A DNA stretch of 64,000 nt from an uncultured Candidatus Rokubacteria bacterium (lineage in GTDB: Bacteria > Methylomirabilota > Methylomirabilia > Rokubacteriales > DASRDR01). The stretch spans positions 128,001 through 192,000 of the forward strand of contig CAVPSB010000049.1 in NCBI GenBank assembly GCA_963708025.1, in the 5' to 3' direction. The notes beneath the pieces are model-generated. The model did not search any database. It was given only the letters and a program-made list of their open reading frames with translations, and was not told the origin of the DNA. This document shows positions 36,649 to 46,626 of the stretch, piece after piece (positions within the stretch are counted from its first letter, which is position 1; every line of letters begins with the position of its first letter). The translations under genes were made by a program, and so were the position numbers.

Positions 36649-37437
36649 TCAACGCGCCTTGAAAACCGGCTTGCGCTTCTCGGCGAATGCCCGGGGGCCC
36701 TCGGCCGCGTCCTCGGTGCCCCGCAGCGTGCCCGCGAGGAGGGCTTCGAGCCTCAGCCCGTCCGCAAGCGGGAGCGAGAGCCCGCGCAGCACCGCCTCCT
36801 TCGCGGCCCGGACCGCCAGCGGCCCGCGCTCGCAGATCGTCTGGGCCCAGCGATGGGCCGTCGGGATCACCTCGGCCAGCGGCACCACCGCGTTCACCAG
36901 GCCGATCCGGTGCGCCTCCTGGGCCGAGATCGTCTCACCCGTCAGGATCAGCTCCATGGCGCGCGCCAGCGGCACCGCTCGGGGAAGCCGCTGGGTCCCG
37001 CCCGCGCCCGGCATGATCGCCCAGCGCACCTCGGTCAGCCCGAAGGTCGCGTGCTCGGCCGCGACCCGGAGGTCGCAGGCCAGGACCTGCTCGAGCCCGC
37101 CGGCCAACGCGTAGCCGTTGACGGCCGCGATCATCGGCTTCCAGATCTCCAGGCCGCGGGTGATCCCGCCGAGGCCGTAGTCGTTGTGGCCGCGACCGCG
37201 AACGCGGCCGCCTGCCGCCATGGCCTGGGGGATCATGCGCTTCAGGTCGGCCCCGGCCGAGAACGCCTTCTCTCCGGCCCCAGTCAGGATCGCCACCCAC
37301 GCCTCGGGATCGTCCCGGAACCGGATCCAGGCGTCGATCAGCTCGTAGTGCGTCTCGGGGTCGATCGCGTTCATCGCCTCCGGCCGGTTGATCGTGATGG
37401 TGACGACGCGGCCCTTCTGCTCGTACAGGATCGGCAT
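36649..37437 (-). CDS. Enoyl-CoA hydratase/carnitinyl-CoA dehydratase-like protein
   Basis: NRPEAMNA, FSAGADLK, KPMIAAVNG.ALAGGLE, PGAGGTQRLPR. Confidence 0.9.
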   Translation of the reverse strand: MPILYEQKGRVVTITINRPEAMNAIDPETHYELIDAWIRFRDDPEAWVAILTGAGEKAFSAGADLKRMIPQAMAAGGRVRGRGHNDYGLGGITRGLEIWKPMIAAVNGYALAGGLEQVLACDLRVAAEHATFGLTEVRWAIMPGAGGTQRLPRAVPLARAMELILTGETISAQEAHRIGLVNAVVPLAEVIPTAHRWAQTICERGPLAVRAAKEAVLRGLSLPLADGLRLEALLAGTLRGTEDAAEGPRAFAEKRKPVFKAR

Positions 37438-37488
37438 CTCCCCTCCGGGGCTATTCGGGACCGCGCGTGAGCGTCCTCCGGCGGCTCA

Positions 37489-38043
37489 TCAGAGGATAGC
37501 CTCCTTGCCCAGCTGCCACAACGCCTTGTCCAGCGTGCGCAGCGAGACGCGGTGCCGCCGGGCGAGTCGCCGAAGACAGGCTACGTACGCGATCCAGCCG
37601 TCGGGCGTCGGGGGGAAGCGATCGCCGACACCGAGGCGTCGCAGCGCGGCCAGGACCCGGACGTCGTAGACCGGGTACCGGGCCGGGCCGGCGAAGTGCA
37701 GCAGCACCGAAGCGACGGGCAGACCGACCCCCGACAGCCCCTGCAAGAGTCGGATGCGCAGCCGCTCGTCCCGGGCCAGGAAGGCGATGGTCGTGAGCCC
37801 GCGGACTCCGGCCGGCGTGTTCCGCGCGATCAGCGGTCGGATGCGCGCGGCCTTCCACTCGCCGAGCCGGACCAGCTCCGCGCGCGTCAGATACATCGGC
37901 CCGCGGACCCGCCGCCGGCGCAGGCGCGCCTTGAGGCGGCGCTCCTCCCGGAGCCAGCCGGACGAGCTGGCGTCGGCCCGATCGAAGGCGCGGGCGCGCT
38001 CGAGCACCAGCCGCCGCGTCAGCGTCAGGCGCAGCCGTGCCAT
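37489..38043 (-). CDS. Hypothetical protein with helix-hairpin-helix DNA-glycosylase-like motif
   Basis: LSGVGLPVASVLLHF..P.RYPVYD.RV, R.LDKALW. Confidence 0.6.
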   Translation of the reverse strand: MARLRLTLTRRLVLERARAFDRADASSSGWLREERRLKARLRRRRVRGPMYLTRAELVRLGEWKAARIRPLIARNTPAGVRGLTTIAFLARDERLRIRLLQGLSGVGLPVASVLLHFAGPARYPVYDVRVLAALRRLGVGDRFPPTPDGWIAYVACLRRLARRHRVSLRTLDKALWQLGKEAIL

Positions 38044-38239
38044 TCAGCCCCGCCGGCCGGCCCGACACCGGGTCCGCACCCACTCCCGCCCCGTCGGCAC
38101 GAGGGGAGCATGGCACGACATCGGTTGTTTCTCGACGCATTCCGCGGCACCGGCCGCGCTGGCCACGGGGTCACGACGACGGTCGGCGACGACGGTCGGC
38201 TTGCCCGCGGCACCGGCCAGCCGTAGACTGGCCGCCGTC

Positions 38240-38722
38240 ATGGACGACGCGACGCTCGTCATCGAGGCCGCCACCGCGGCCGATGCCCCCGCCGTGATCG
38301 GCCTCATCGGCCGGGTCTTCGAGGAGTACGCCTTCGTCTTCGATCCGGTGATCGAGCTGCCCGACCTCCTGGCCTTCGACCGGCACTACACGTCCCCCCG
38401 CGCCGCCTTCTTCGTGGCCCGCCTGGGCGCCGCCGTCGTCGGCTCGGTGGCCGTGGAGCGGCTCGACGGCGGGACGGCGGAGCTGCATCGGCTCTACCTG
38501 GAGGCCCACCTCCGCGGCCGCGGCCTGGGGCGCTCCCTGGTCGAGGTCGTGCTCGACTGGTGCCGCCGCGCCGGCATCCCTCACCTCGTCCTGTGGTCGG
38601 ATACCCGCTTCGACCGCGCCCACGCCCTCTACGAGCGGATGGGCTTCGCCAAGACCGGCGAGCGCACGCTGGCCGGAGACGTGAACAATACCAGTGAGTT
38701 CCGGTACGAGCGGGAGGTCTAG
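38240..38722 (+). CDS. GNAT acetyltransferase
   Basis: AELHRLYL...RGRGLG, AHALYERMGF. Confidence 0.85.
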   Translation: MDDATLVIEAATAADAPAVIGLIGRVFEEYAFVFDPVIELPDLLAFDRHYTSPRAAFFVARLGAAVVGSVAVERLDGGTAELHRLYLEAHLRGRGLGRSLVEVVLDWCRRAGIPHLVLWSDTRFDRAHALYERMGFAKTGERTLAGDVNNTSEFRYEREV

Positions 38723-38765
38723 CGCGGCGCTGAAGGGCCCATTGTGCGGGATTTTGTGCGGGTCC

Positions 38766-38885
38766 TCACTCCTCCCTGCCCTCGGTCGCCTTCGCCAACG
38801 GGACCATCGCCCGCCTCGTGGACTCCCGCATGGCGGCCTGGGTCCGGTGCAGGGCGTCACCGATGTCCTCCTTGTCGACGATCCA
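38766..38885 (-). pseudogene. Possible C-terminal remnant of a tyrosine integrase
   Basis: IVDKEDIGDAL... resembles the YxIVxxxDLxxA integrase tail; followed by the direct repeat TTGTGCGGG x2 (38742-38762). Confidence 0.4.
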
Positions 38886-39393
38886 AAACCGCGCGTTCGC
38901 GGAGGCGCAGGGCTGGCAGGCGGTGGCGGACGTGGACCATGGCATCTCCGGTGCGAAGGAACGACGCCCCGCGCTCGATGCGCTGATGGCAGCCGTCCGC
39001 ACCCACAAGGCTGAGGTGGTCGCGTGCGTGAAGCTAGACCGGCTCGCCCGCAGTGTTCGGCACCTGGTGATGGTCGCCCAGGAGCCGGAGGCGCTTGGCG
39101 TTCATCTGGTCGTGCACGACGAGGCGATTGATACCACGACGCCGTCCGGGCGGCTGCTGTTTCACGTCTTGGCTGCCATTGCGGAGTTCGAGCGGGAGTT
39201 GATTCGGGAGCGGGTCGTGGCCGGCGTGCGCCATGCGAAGGTTCTGGGTCGGCGGCTCGGGCGGCCCCGGCTCCATCATGTGGACTCTGCCCGGGCCCGG
39301 GCGCTGCTGGGGCAGGGACTCACGCTCCGTGCGGTGGCGCGCGCGCTCCACACCCATGCCACCACGGTCAAGCGCGCCCTCGGCCGGGCGTAG
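38880..39393 (+). pseudogene. Serine recombinase (resolvase) lacking the N-terminal catalytic motif
   Basis: DHGISGAKERRPAL, KLDRLARS, IDTTTPSGRL.FH...AIAEFERELI.ER, GRP, C-terminal HTH; no recognisable YxRVS. Confidence 0.8.
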
Positions 39394-39550
39394 CAAATCC
39401 TGCCTGCCGACAGCCCCATAAGTTCCCGCCGCTTGGGGACCTGGCGGGCGGCGCGAAACTCAAGGCTGAAGCTCTGGCCGTGGCCGTAGCGACGTCGAGG
39501 GACGCGCTCCGGCTGAGCCGCGCTGCGCGACGGTGAATTTCTTCCAGATT

Positions 39551-39685
39551 CTACGGGGTCAGTGCTAGACGGGGACGAGCGTCTATGTCCCCGTACCCGA
39601 TCGGTTGGCCGGTGATCTCCGCGAGCTTCTCCTCGTACTTGACCAGTTCGGGCTCGATGAACTGCGGTTTCCGCTCTTCCTGCAT
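39551..39685 (-). CDS. 44-aa RiPP-precursor-like peptide
   Basis: MQEERKPQFIEPELVKYEEKLAEITGQPIGYGDIDARPRLALTP; GGAGG RBS; TTGACG-N17-CACGAT at 39794-39766. Confidence 0.6.
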   Translation of the reverse strand: MQEERKPQFIEPELVKYEEKLAEITGQPIGYGDIDARPRLALTP

Positions 39686-40122
39686 AAATCCTCCGTCCGG
39701 CAGGAGGTGGCTCTTCCTGGATGCGTCCCGCTGACGTCCGTCAGGACGACACGTGGGGCGAAGTCATCGTGAACGTCTGCCGACACGCCGTCAAGATGAA
39801 AGAGTTTGCACCCACGCCCGTCTTGATTGCGTAGCTCGCGGCGATCTTCCACCGGTCGGCTCGGCGCGCGGGACCGGCGGGCGCGCTCGTCCAAGCCGCG
39901 CGGACGGCGTCTCGGCCTGACGGCGCCCGCACTCCGCCCTGAGCGCGGCGGCCGCGCGCTCGCACGAACCTTGGGTACGCTAGGTCTTCACCGGTTCCTG
40001 GCCTGCATCCCACAGAACAAGGCCCCGTTCAAAGAGTTGATAGACGCCATCGACCCCGCGAGCGCGGGGCTGCCCGTCAACCAGGCCCGCGAGCCCCGCG
40101 ACGAGCGGCGGTCGCCGGCGGC

Positions 40123-40467
40123 TCAGACGAGGATCGCTTCCCCCAGCACCACGTGCTTGGCCGGGGCCTTGCGGGCCGGGGCCTTGGATTTCGCCACCGT
40201 CTTGTGGCCCGTCTTCTGAGGGCCGGCGGCCTTGTGCGCCGGGGCCGCCTTGTGGGTGGCGGCCGTCTTGTGGACGCCGGCCTTGCGCTCGGCCGTCTGC
40301 GCCGGCGCCTTCTTCGCGGCCGGCTTCGCCGACTTCGCCTTGGGCGCGGCGGGCTTCACGTCGCCGTCGAGCGCCGAGGGGGGAATGCCCGGGCCTGCCG
40401 TCTGGGCGAGGGCGGCCGGAGCCAGCAGCGCCACACCGAGGAGCATCGCGGTGATCAGGACTCCCAC
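40123..40467 (-). CDS. Small exported Lys/Ala-rich low-complexity protein
   Basis: GGAGG RBS, signal peptide ending ALA-Q, KPAAKKAPA-type repeats. Confidence 0.7.
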   Translation of the reverse strand: MGVLITAMLLGVALLAPAALAQTAGPGIPPSALDGDVKPAAPKAKSAKPAAKKAPAQTAERKAGVHKTAATHKAAPAHKAAGPQKTGHKTVAKSKAPARKAPAKHVVLGEAILV

Positions 40468-40771
40468 GGTACCTCCCTTTCTACGGGGTCGATGGGGGAT
40501 CGGACTTTCGGCGCGTCGGGCGGCGTCGCGGCCGGGGCGAGCCGGCCGGCCTGGACCGGGGCCGCGGTCGGGCCGGATCGATCCGGACCGGCGCCGTGGC
40601 CGAAGTGGCCGGGACATCCCCGGCGAGCCCACCGTGAGCGGACCGAAGCGCTCGCCGCTGCTTCTCGGCTCGCAACTGGGCCAGCGCCTCGGCCAGCACC
40701 CCCAGCGCGAAGCTGCTCACGTCGAGCCATCGCCCCGGCCGGCGCCGAATCGACGAGTACGTCACGGCCTC

Positions 40772-41545
40772 TCAGCGTGCCGCCCGCGCGCGGAGCGCGC
40801 CGACGAGACCGGCCATGACGTCCCCGGCCTTGCCGGGGATGACGACGTCGGCGAGGTGGTCGAGGTGCGTGGGGGTGAGGTTGACGATGACGAGCCGGGC
40901 GCCGGCCTCCTTCGCGTAGATCGGCATGTACGCGGCCGGGTAGACAACCAGCGACGACCCGACCACCAGGACGCAGCCGGCGCGCCGGGCCCGTTCCTCG
41001 GCGAGCTGCGTCTCGCGGGCCGGCATCGGCTCGCCGAACAGGATCGTGTGCGGCTTGAGGATCCCGCCGCAGGTGCGACAGTCCGGCACCGGCTCCCCCG
41101 ACTCCAGCCGCGCCTGAATCTCGTCGCGGGCGTACGGGGCGGCGCAGCCGAGACAGCGGACGCGCGTGGCGTTGCCGTGCAGCTCGATGACTTTCTCGGC
41201 CGGCGTGCCGGCGCGCTGGTGGAGGTTGTCGATGTTCTGCGTGATCACGCAGTCCAGCAGGCCGAGCGCGTCGAGCGCGGCGATCGCGTGGTGGGCGGGG
41301 TTGGGTCGGGCCGCGCTGACGGTCGCGTACAGCTCGCGGCCGACCGCCCAGTACTTCCGCCGCCCCTCGTCCGAGCGCATGAAGCTCCGGTACGAGAAGT
41401 CGTCGGGATCGTGCCGGGTCCATAGCCCGCCCGGGCCGCGGAAGTCGGGGATCCCCGACTCGGTGGAGACGCCCGCCCCGGTGAAGACGACGACGGGACC
41501 GGCCGTCACGGTGAGGTCGGCGGCCCTGTCGATCAGGTCATCCAT
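40772..41545 (-). CDS. cobB: NAD-dependent protein deacylase (sirtuin)
   Basis: TGAGVSTESGIPDFRG, TQNIDNLH, ELHGN, CxxC...CxxC, GSSL.VYPAA. Confidence 0.92.
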   Translation of the reverse strand: MDDLIDRAADLTVTAGPVVVFTGAGVSTESGIPDFRGPGGLWTRHDPDDFSYRSFMRSDEGRRKYWAVGRELYATVSAARPNPAHHAIAALDALGLLDCVITQNIDNLHQRAGTPAEKVIELHGNATRVRCLGCAAPYARDEIQARLESGEPVPDCRTCGGILKPHTILFGEPMPARETQLAEERARRAGCVLVVGSSLVVYPAAYMPIYAKEAGARLVIVNLTPTHLDHLADVVIPGKAGDVMAGLVGALRARAAR

Positions 41546-41612
41546 GGTGGAGGCTCGCCATCGAGGCTACCAGATGTAGGGGCCGGGGCTCTGCAAGAAT
41601 TTCGCGGACGGG

Positions 41613-41712
41613 CTCAGTTCGGGACCTCCCGCCCACCCGGTCCTTGGACGGCCTTCGGCCTTTGGCTGGGGGGAGGGGGAGCCGGAGAACCCCATTCCTT
41701 CACAGGCCCTCA
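41613..41712 (-). repeat. Repeat family A copy directly after the patatin stop
   Basis: CTCAGTTCGGGACCTCCCGCCCACCC...GGACGGCCTTCGGCC...CCATTCCTTCACAGGCC-CTCA. Confidence 0.88.
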
Positions 41713-42657
41713 GTTTCGATAGCCGAGCGCCTCCAGGCAGGCGAGCCCGTCGCGGCGGCCGAGGTCGACCAGCCGTCCGAGCCGCTCACCGTCGAAGTCG
41801 AAGGGCCGGAGCGCGAGCGGCTCGGAGGGCCGCAGCACGCGGATCTCCACCCCCGGGTGCCGGAAGCCGGCCAGCTCGACGTCGCGGAGGATCTCCCGGG
41901 CCAGCGCGATCTCGAACGCGCGCTCGAGGACGGGCTGAACGGTGTCGCCGGCGAGGCGCTGGCCCTCGTAGCCCAGCACGACGAGCAGCCGGTCCAGCGG
42001 ATGCGCGTCCAGCAGCTCGAGGGTCGGGGCCCGCTGGACGATGCCGCCGTCCACGAGGACGCCCCCCGCGTGCGGCACGGCGGGAAAGACCGCCGGGATC
42101 GTCGAGCTCGCCAGGAGCGCCTCGACGGTGAGGCTCTCGTTGTCGAAGCGGCGCGCCTGTCCCGAGGTGAGGTCGGCGGCCAGGACCAGGAGACGGACCG
42201 GGGCCGCCCGGAGCCGCCCCAGGTCCAGGTGGCGCTCGATCGTCCGGCGGAGCGGCGCCGGGTCGAGGACGGCCCGGGCCTTACGGAGATAGGCGAGCCC
42301 GAGCCAGCCGGGCAGCAGGCCGCCGAAGACCGTCGCCGCCGGATAGGCGAAGACGTCCTCCCGGCGGAGGCTGCGCCAGAGGCCGGCCAGGCGCGGCGCC
42401 TCGCCAGTCGCCACCAGGACCGCGTTGAGCGCGCCGGACGAGGTGCCGGCCACGGCCGCCGGGACCACACCCCGGTCGTGGAGGGCGAGGGCCACCCCCG
42501 CCTCGTACGCCGCCTTGGCCCCACCCCCGGAGAAGACCACGCCGACCCGCAGGCCGGCCGGCTCGCGTCCACTCGGCTCGCAGGCGGCCGCCGGCCACGG
42601 CGCCACCACGGCGGCAACGAGCATCACCGCCCCCCAGCGGTTCAAGCTGGGAGTCAC
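41710..42657 (-). CDS. Patatin-like phospholipase/esterase, probably exported
   Basis: SGGGAKAAYEAG, GTSSG nucleophile, DGG. Start uncertain (42657 or 42624). Confidence 0.85.
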   Translation of the reverse strand: MTPSLNRWGAVMLVAAVVAPWPAAACEPSGREPAGLRVGVVFSGGGAKAAYEAGVALALHDRGVVPAAVAGTSSGALNAVLVATGEAPRLAGLWRSLRREDVFAYPAATVFGGLLPGWLGLAYLRKARAVLDPAPLRRTIERHLDLGRLRAAPVRLLVLAADLTSGQARRFDNESLTVEALLASSTIPAVFPAVPHAGGVLVDGGIVQRAPTLELLDAHPLDRLLVVLGYEGQRLAGDTVQPVLERAFEIALAREILRDVELAGFRHPGVEIRVLRPSEPLALRPFDFDGERLGRLVDLGRRDGLACLEALGYRN

Positions 42658-42830
42658 GTCTGGGCCACCTGGCATTCTGGTTGGCCGCGAGCGGTCACGG
42701 CCGCGAGGATCCACATTCGCCGGTCGGCGTCGGGTTCCAGGACCCGCACCCGCTCGCCTCGCGGTTATCGCGGAGGGCGGCTTCTCCCACCGGACCCGGG
42801 GGCTGCCGAGCAGGCGCCGGCAAGCCGCTC

Positions 42831-43271
42831 CTACTTCTGTCCAGCCTTCTTCGACAGGGAGGCCTGCAGGTCCTTCTCGATGTTTTTCAGCCACCCCTTG
42901 GGAATCGCGGGCTCGAGCTGACCGGTTTGGGGCGACTTGTAGCGCGAGTCGTTCAGGATCTTGACCAGTGGCCCCTCGACTTTCAGGATGACCTTGGCGT
43001 CGAAGCCGCGGTGCACGAGCGTGCCGACGACCTGCTGCGGCGAGCGTTCCGTCACCGTCCACTTGCGGCCCTCGAGCGTCGACACCAGCGCCGACTCGAC
43101 CTCGGCTTCGGTCAGGCTCGGGGGCAGCGGCACCGACAGCGGCTGGGCGTTGTACTTCGCGGCTTCATCGCCACCCATGACCGTCTGACCCGCGACAGGC
43201 ACCGGCGTCCTCAGCATCGCTCCCACGAGCGCGAGCGCGGCGACCACCCAGACCACGTGTCTCGATCTCAT
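42831..43271 (-). CDS. Hypothetical exported protein
   Basis: Signal-peptide-like N-terminus; GC3-rich codons; GGAGG upstream. Confidence 0.7.
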   Translation of the reverse strand: MRSRHVVWVVAALALVGAMLRTPVPVAGQTVMGGDEAAKYNAQPLSVPLPPSLTEAEVESALVSTLEGRKWTVTERSPQQVVGTLVHRGFDAKVILKVEGPLVKILNDSRYKSPQTGQLEPAIPKGWLKNIEKDLQASLSKKAGQK

Positions 43272-43456
43272 CGCATCACCTCCGACGCCCCGCCATCCAG
43301 GCCGCGCCGCGCGCGTCGTCACCGGCCGGTCCAGGCGGGGGGACCGAGCTCGCTTCGACACGCCTCCCCTCCGAGTTCACGGAGTCCTCCGCCCTGCGAC
43401 CACGAGCCAGATCCACGACTCGTTGCCCGTCGAGTCCGCGGGGTGCGGTCATCGGA

Positions 43457-44641
43457 CTACGGCTGACCGAGGACGGCCACGCAGGCGACCGCACCCGGGC
43501 CGCCCAGCGTGTGGGCCAGGCCGGTGCGGGCGCCCTTGACCTGCATCGCGCCGGCCCGCCCCAGGAGCTGGTCAGCGACGTTGTTGATCATCCGCACGCC
43601 GGAGGCGCCGACCGGGTGGCCGCAGGACTTGAGGCCGCCCGAGGTGTTGACCGGGAGGTCGCCGCCGAGCCGGGTCACCCCGGCGGCGGCGAGCCGGTGG
43701 CCCTCCCCCGGCCGGGCGAAGCCGAGGTCCTCGTAGTTGATGATCTCGGTGATCGTGAAGCAGTCGTGGCACTCGGCGACGTCGATCTCTTTCGCCGGCG
43801 CCGTGATCCCGGCCATCCGGTACGCGGCCTGGGCCGCCTCGCGCGTGGCCTTGAACGAGGTGAAGCTCCACGACGGGTCGAACTGGGTGTTCCAGTAGCC
43901 GGCGGCGACGCTGAAGGCGATGCCGCGGATGAGCACGTGCGGCCGGCCGCTCCGGGCCGCCAGGTCCGCCCGGGTCAGGATGCAGGCGGCGGCCCCGTCG
44001 GTCGTGGGGCAGCAGTCGAAGAGCCCGAGCGGCTCGGCGACCTTCGGCGCCTTCGCGTGCTGGTCGGCGGTGATCGGTTTCTGGAAGTGCGCCTTGGGGT
44101 TGAGGCTCCCGTGGTAGTGGTTCTTCACCGCAACCGGCCCCAGCGCCGACTCGTCGACCCCGTACTCCTTGAAGTAGCGGGTCGCCAGGAGGGCGAACAT
44201 CCCGGGCGCCGTGCGCCCCTTGCACAGGACCGGGTGGCCGCGCTCGACGGCCTGGGCGACCAGGCTGCCCCGCGACGGCACCTCACGCATCTTCTCGGCC
44301 CCCACCGCGAGGACGACGTCGTACTCCCCGGACGCGACGGCCAGGGCGGCGTTCCGCACGGCCTCCATGCCGGAGGCGCAGTAGGCGGCGACCCGCGTGA
44401 TCGGGATCGGGGGCAGGTTCAAGGTGTCCCCGACGAACGTCCCGGCGTTCCCCTCGTAGCCGTAGAGGAACGGCTCGTAGGTTCCGAGCCAGCCCGCCTG
44501 GATCGCCCGGGGCTCCACCTGCGCGTCCGCCATGGCGGCGGTGGCCGCCTCGTACACCATGTCCGTGTACGACTGGTGGAAGTTCTCCCCGAACTTGATG
44601 GTGCCGGTGCCGACGATGGCGACCTGGTTGGCGAGCCCCAT
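43457..44641 (-). CDS. Thiolase-family protein (SCP-x/acetyl-CoA acetyltransferase type)
   Basis: YCASG.EA, KNH..G.LNPKA, DCCPTTDGAA, ECHDCFT, NTSGGL..GHPVGASG. Confidence 0.9.
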   Translation of the reverse strand: MGLANQVAIVGTGTIKFGENFHQSYTDMVYEAATAAMADAQVEPRAIQAGWLGTYEPFLYGYEGNAGTFVGDTLNLPPIPITRVAAYCASGMEAVRNAALAVASGEYDVVLAVGAEKMREVPSRGSLVAQAVERGHPVLCKGRTAPGMFALLATRYFKEYGVDESALGPVAVKNHYHGSLNPKAHFQKPITADQHAKAPKVAEPLGLFDCCPTTDGAAACILTRADLAARSGRPHVLIRGIAFSVAAGYWNTQFDPSWSFTSFKATREAAQAAYRMAGITAPAKEIDVAECHDCFTITEIINYEDLGFARPGEGHRLAAAGVTRLGGDLPVNTSGGLKSCGHPVGASGVRMINNVADQLLGRAGAMQVKGARTGLAHTLGGPGAVACVAVLGQP

Positions 44642-44649
44642 GATGCCTC

Positions 44650-45687
44650 CTACTTCTCGGCCAGGTACATGATCCGGGTCGGGTTCGGCTGCTCGATCCG
44701 CCGCGCAGCCGGGAAGCCGGCCTGCTCGAGGAGCGTCCGCAGCTCGGGGATCGTGATCATCCCGCAGCCAACCAGCACCTCGTGGTGCTGGATCCCGGCC
44801 AGCATCCGGTAGGCCGGCTGCTCGCGGTACTCCTCGATCGTGCCCGGGTAGGGCAGCTCCGAGATCAGGAGCGCCCCGCCCGGCGCCAGCGCCCGGCGGA
44901 CGCGCCGCAGCACCTCTTCCCACTCCGGCCGCTCGCCGGTCTCGTGGAGCGCTATGTTCATCACCGCCAGGTCGAACTCGTCCGCGTACTCCATGGCGAG
45001 GGCGCTGGTGGCGGCCACCCGCACCCGGCCCCCGACCCCCGCCTCGGCCAGGTTGCGGGCGGCGAGGTCGAGCATCGGCGGATCCACCTCGAGCCCGAGA
45101 CCGCGGGCCGCGGGGAAGCGGCGACTCATGTGGATCAGCCCGTACGCCGCGCCGCACCCGATGTCCAGGATCGCCCCGCCCCGCTCGAGCCGGGCCAGCA
45201 GCGCCGGCGCCTGCGGGAGCACGATCTCGGTCATGATCGAGAAGTCCGGCTTGGTGTTCTCCATGATCCCCCGGACCAGCTCGGGGGCGTGGTCCTTCCG
45301 GGGGAACGGCTTGCCGTCGGCCAGGCGCGCCGGGAACGCGGCGAAGTCCTCGCCGAAGGCGACGCTCAGCTCGACGCGGCCGCCGAGGTACTGCGGATCA
45401 CGGGGATCGAGGAGCAGGTTGGCCATGTGAGGCGCCAGCCGGAAGCCGGCCGCCGGGTCGACGTCGAGCAGCTCGTAGGCGTAGGCGGCGCGACACCAGA
45501 CGCGGACGTACCGCGGCTCGTAACCGAGCCGCTTCGCCAGGTCGTCGGCCGTCATGCCGGCTCCGGCGTCGTGGATCGCCTGGAAGAGCCCGGCCTTCCG
45601 CCCGATGGCCGCCACCCAGGTCCCCTGGAAGCCCCCCAGGTAGCCGAACAGCTTCCGGAACTGCTCCTCGCGCGTGGGCACCCTCAT
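44650..45687 (-). CDS. Class I SAM-dependent methyltransferase with N-terminal winged helix
   Basis: ILDIGCGAA, ALHE, ALAPGG. Confidence 0.85.
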   Translation of the reverse strand: MRVPTREEQFRKLFGYLGGFQGTWVAAIGRKAGLFQAIHDAGAGMTADDLAKRLGYEPRYVRVWCRAAYAYELLDVDPAAGFRLAPHMANLLLDPRDPQYLGGRVELSVAFGEDFAAFPARLADGKPFPRKDHAPELVRGIMENTKPDFSIMTEIVLPQAPALLARLERGGAILDIGCGAAYGLIHMSRRFPAARGLGLEVDPPMLDLAARNLAEAGVGGRVRVAATSALAMEYADEFDLAVMNIALHETGERPEWEEVLRRVRRALAPGGALLISELPYPGTIEEYREQPAYRMLAGIQHHEVLVGCGMITIPELRTLLEQAGFPAARRIEQPNPTRIMYLAEK

Positions 45688-45696
45688 CCGTCCCGG

Positions 45697-46626
45697 TCAG
45701 CGGGCGGCGTACGTCGCGGGATCCTGGTCGAACCGGCGCTTGCAGCCGGCGCCGCAGAAGTAGACGCGCCGGCCCGCGACCTCGGACACGTACCGGGCCT
45801 GGGCGATCTCGACGGTCATGCCGCAAATCGGGTCGAGGGCATCCACGCCGAGAGCCGGTTCGGCAGCGAGCGCGGCCGGGGGCGGCTCGGGCTGGCGCGT
45901 CCGCCGGGCCTGGACGATCTCAGCCAGGATGCTGACGGCGATCTCCTCGGGGGTCACCGCGCCGAGATCGAGGCCGGCGGGCGCCTTGAGTCGCTCCGTC
46001 GGAACGTCGCGCGCCGTCAGTGTCTCGACCACCGCCCGGGCCCGCTTCGGGCTTGCGACCAGGCTGACGTAGCACGCCTCGGTTCTCAAGATACGCTCCA
46101 GGGCCGCCTCGTCGAAGCGCCCGTGGGTCGCCACGACGACCGCCGTCTCCGGGGCCAGGGCCACCCTCCCCAGCTCCGGCTCGCCCGCCACCGCGGTCAC
46201 CTCGAAGCCCACCGCCACGGCCAGCGTGGCCAGGGTCGCCACGACCGGGCCGCTCCCGACCAGGACGAGGGACGGCTTCGGGAGCACCGGCTCGACGTAG
46301 ATCTCCAGCGTGCCGCCGCTGTGACAGGGCATCGCGTGCTCCCTCACACCCTCCCGCGGGCTTCCGTGGGGCCGGGTCCCCTCGCCGGCCAGGGCCAGCA
46401 GCCGGGGCTGGCCGTCGCGCATGGCGGCCAGGGCCTCCCGCACGACGAGGGGCTCGGCGCAGCTCCCGCCGATCCACCCCACCACCGTGCCGTCCGGTCG
46501 GACGAGGGCCTTGGCGCCGACCTTCGCCGAGGTGGGCCGCTCGCAGCGGACGACCGTCGCCAGCGCGAACGGCTCCCCCCGCCGGGACAGCTCGAAGGCC
46601 TGCGCCAGCAGGCTGTCGGCGCTCAC
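45697..46626 (-). CDS. XdhC/CoxF-family Moco chaperone with C-terminal YHS domain
   Basis: LATVVR...PTSAK.G, GWIGGSCAE, CHSGG.LEIY.EP, PAGLDLGA.TPEEIAVSILAE, DPICGM...YFCGAGC. Confidence 0.88.
   Translation of the reverse strand: MSADSLLAQAFELSRRGEPFALATVVRCERPTSAKVGAKALVRPDGTVVGWIGGSCAEPLVVREALAAMRDGQPRLLALAGEGTRPHGSPREGVREHAMPCHSGGTLEIYVEPVLPKPSLVLVGSGPVVATLATLAVAVGFEVTAVAGEPELGRVALAPETAVVVATHGRFDEAALERILRTEACYVSLVASPKRARAVVETLTARDVPTERLKAPAGLDLGAVTPEEIAVSILAEIVQARRTRQPEPPPAALAAEPALGVDALDPICGMTVEIAQARYVSEVAGRRVYFCGAGCKRRFDQDPATYAAR

Noticed and set aside
40772-42657. Sir2 plus patatin as an anti-phage defence pair
   Set aside because: The sirtuin is a canonical Zn-binding CobB type and the patatin appears exported; there is no cyclase, TIR, Argonaute or HerA partner.
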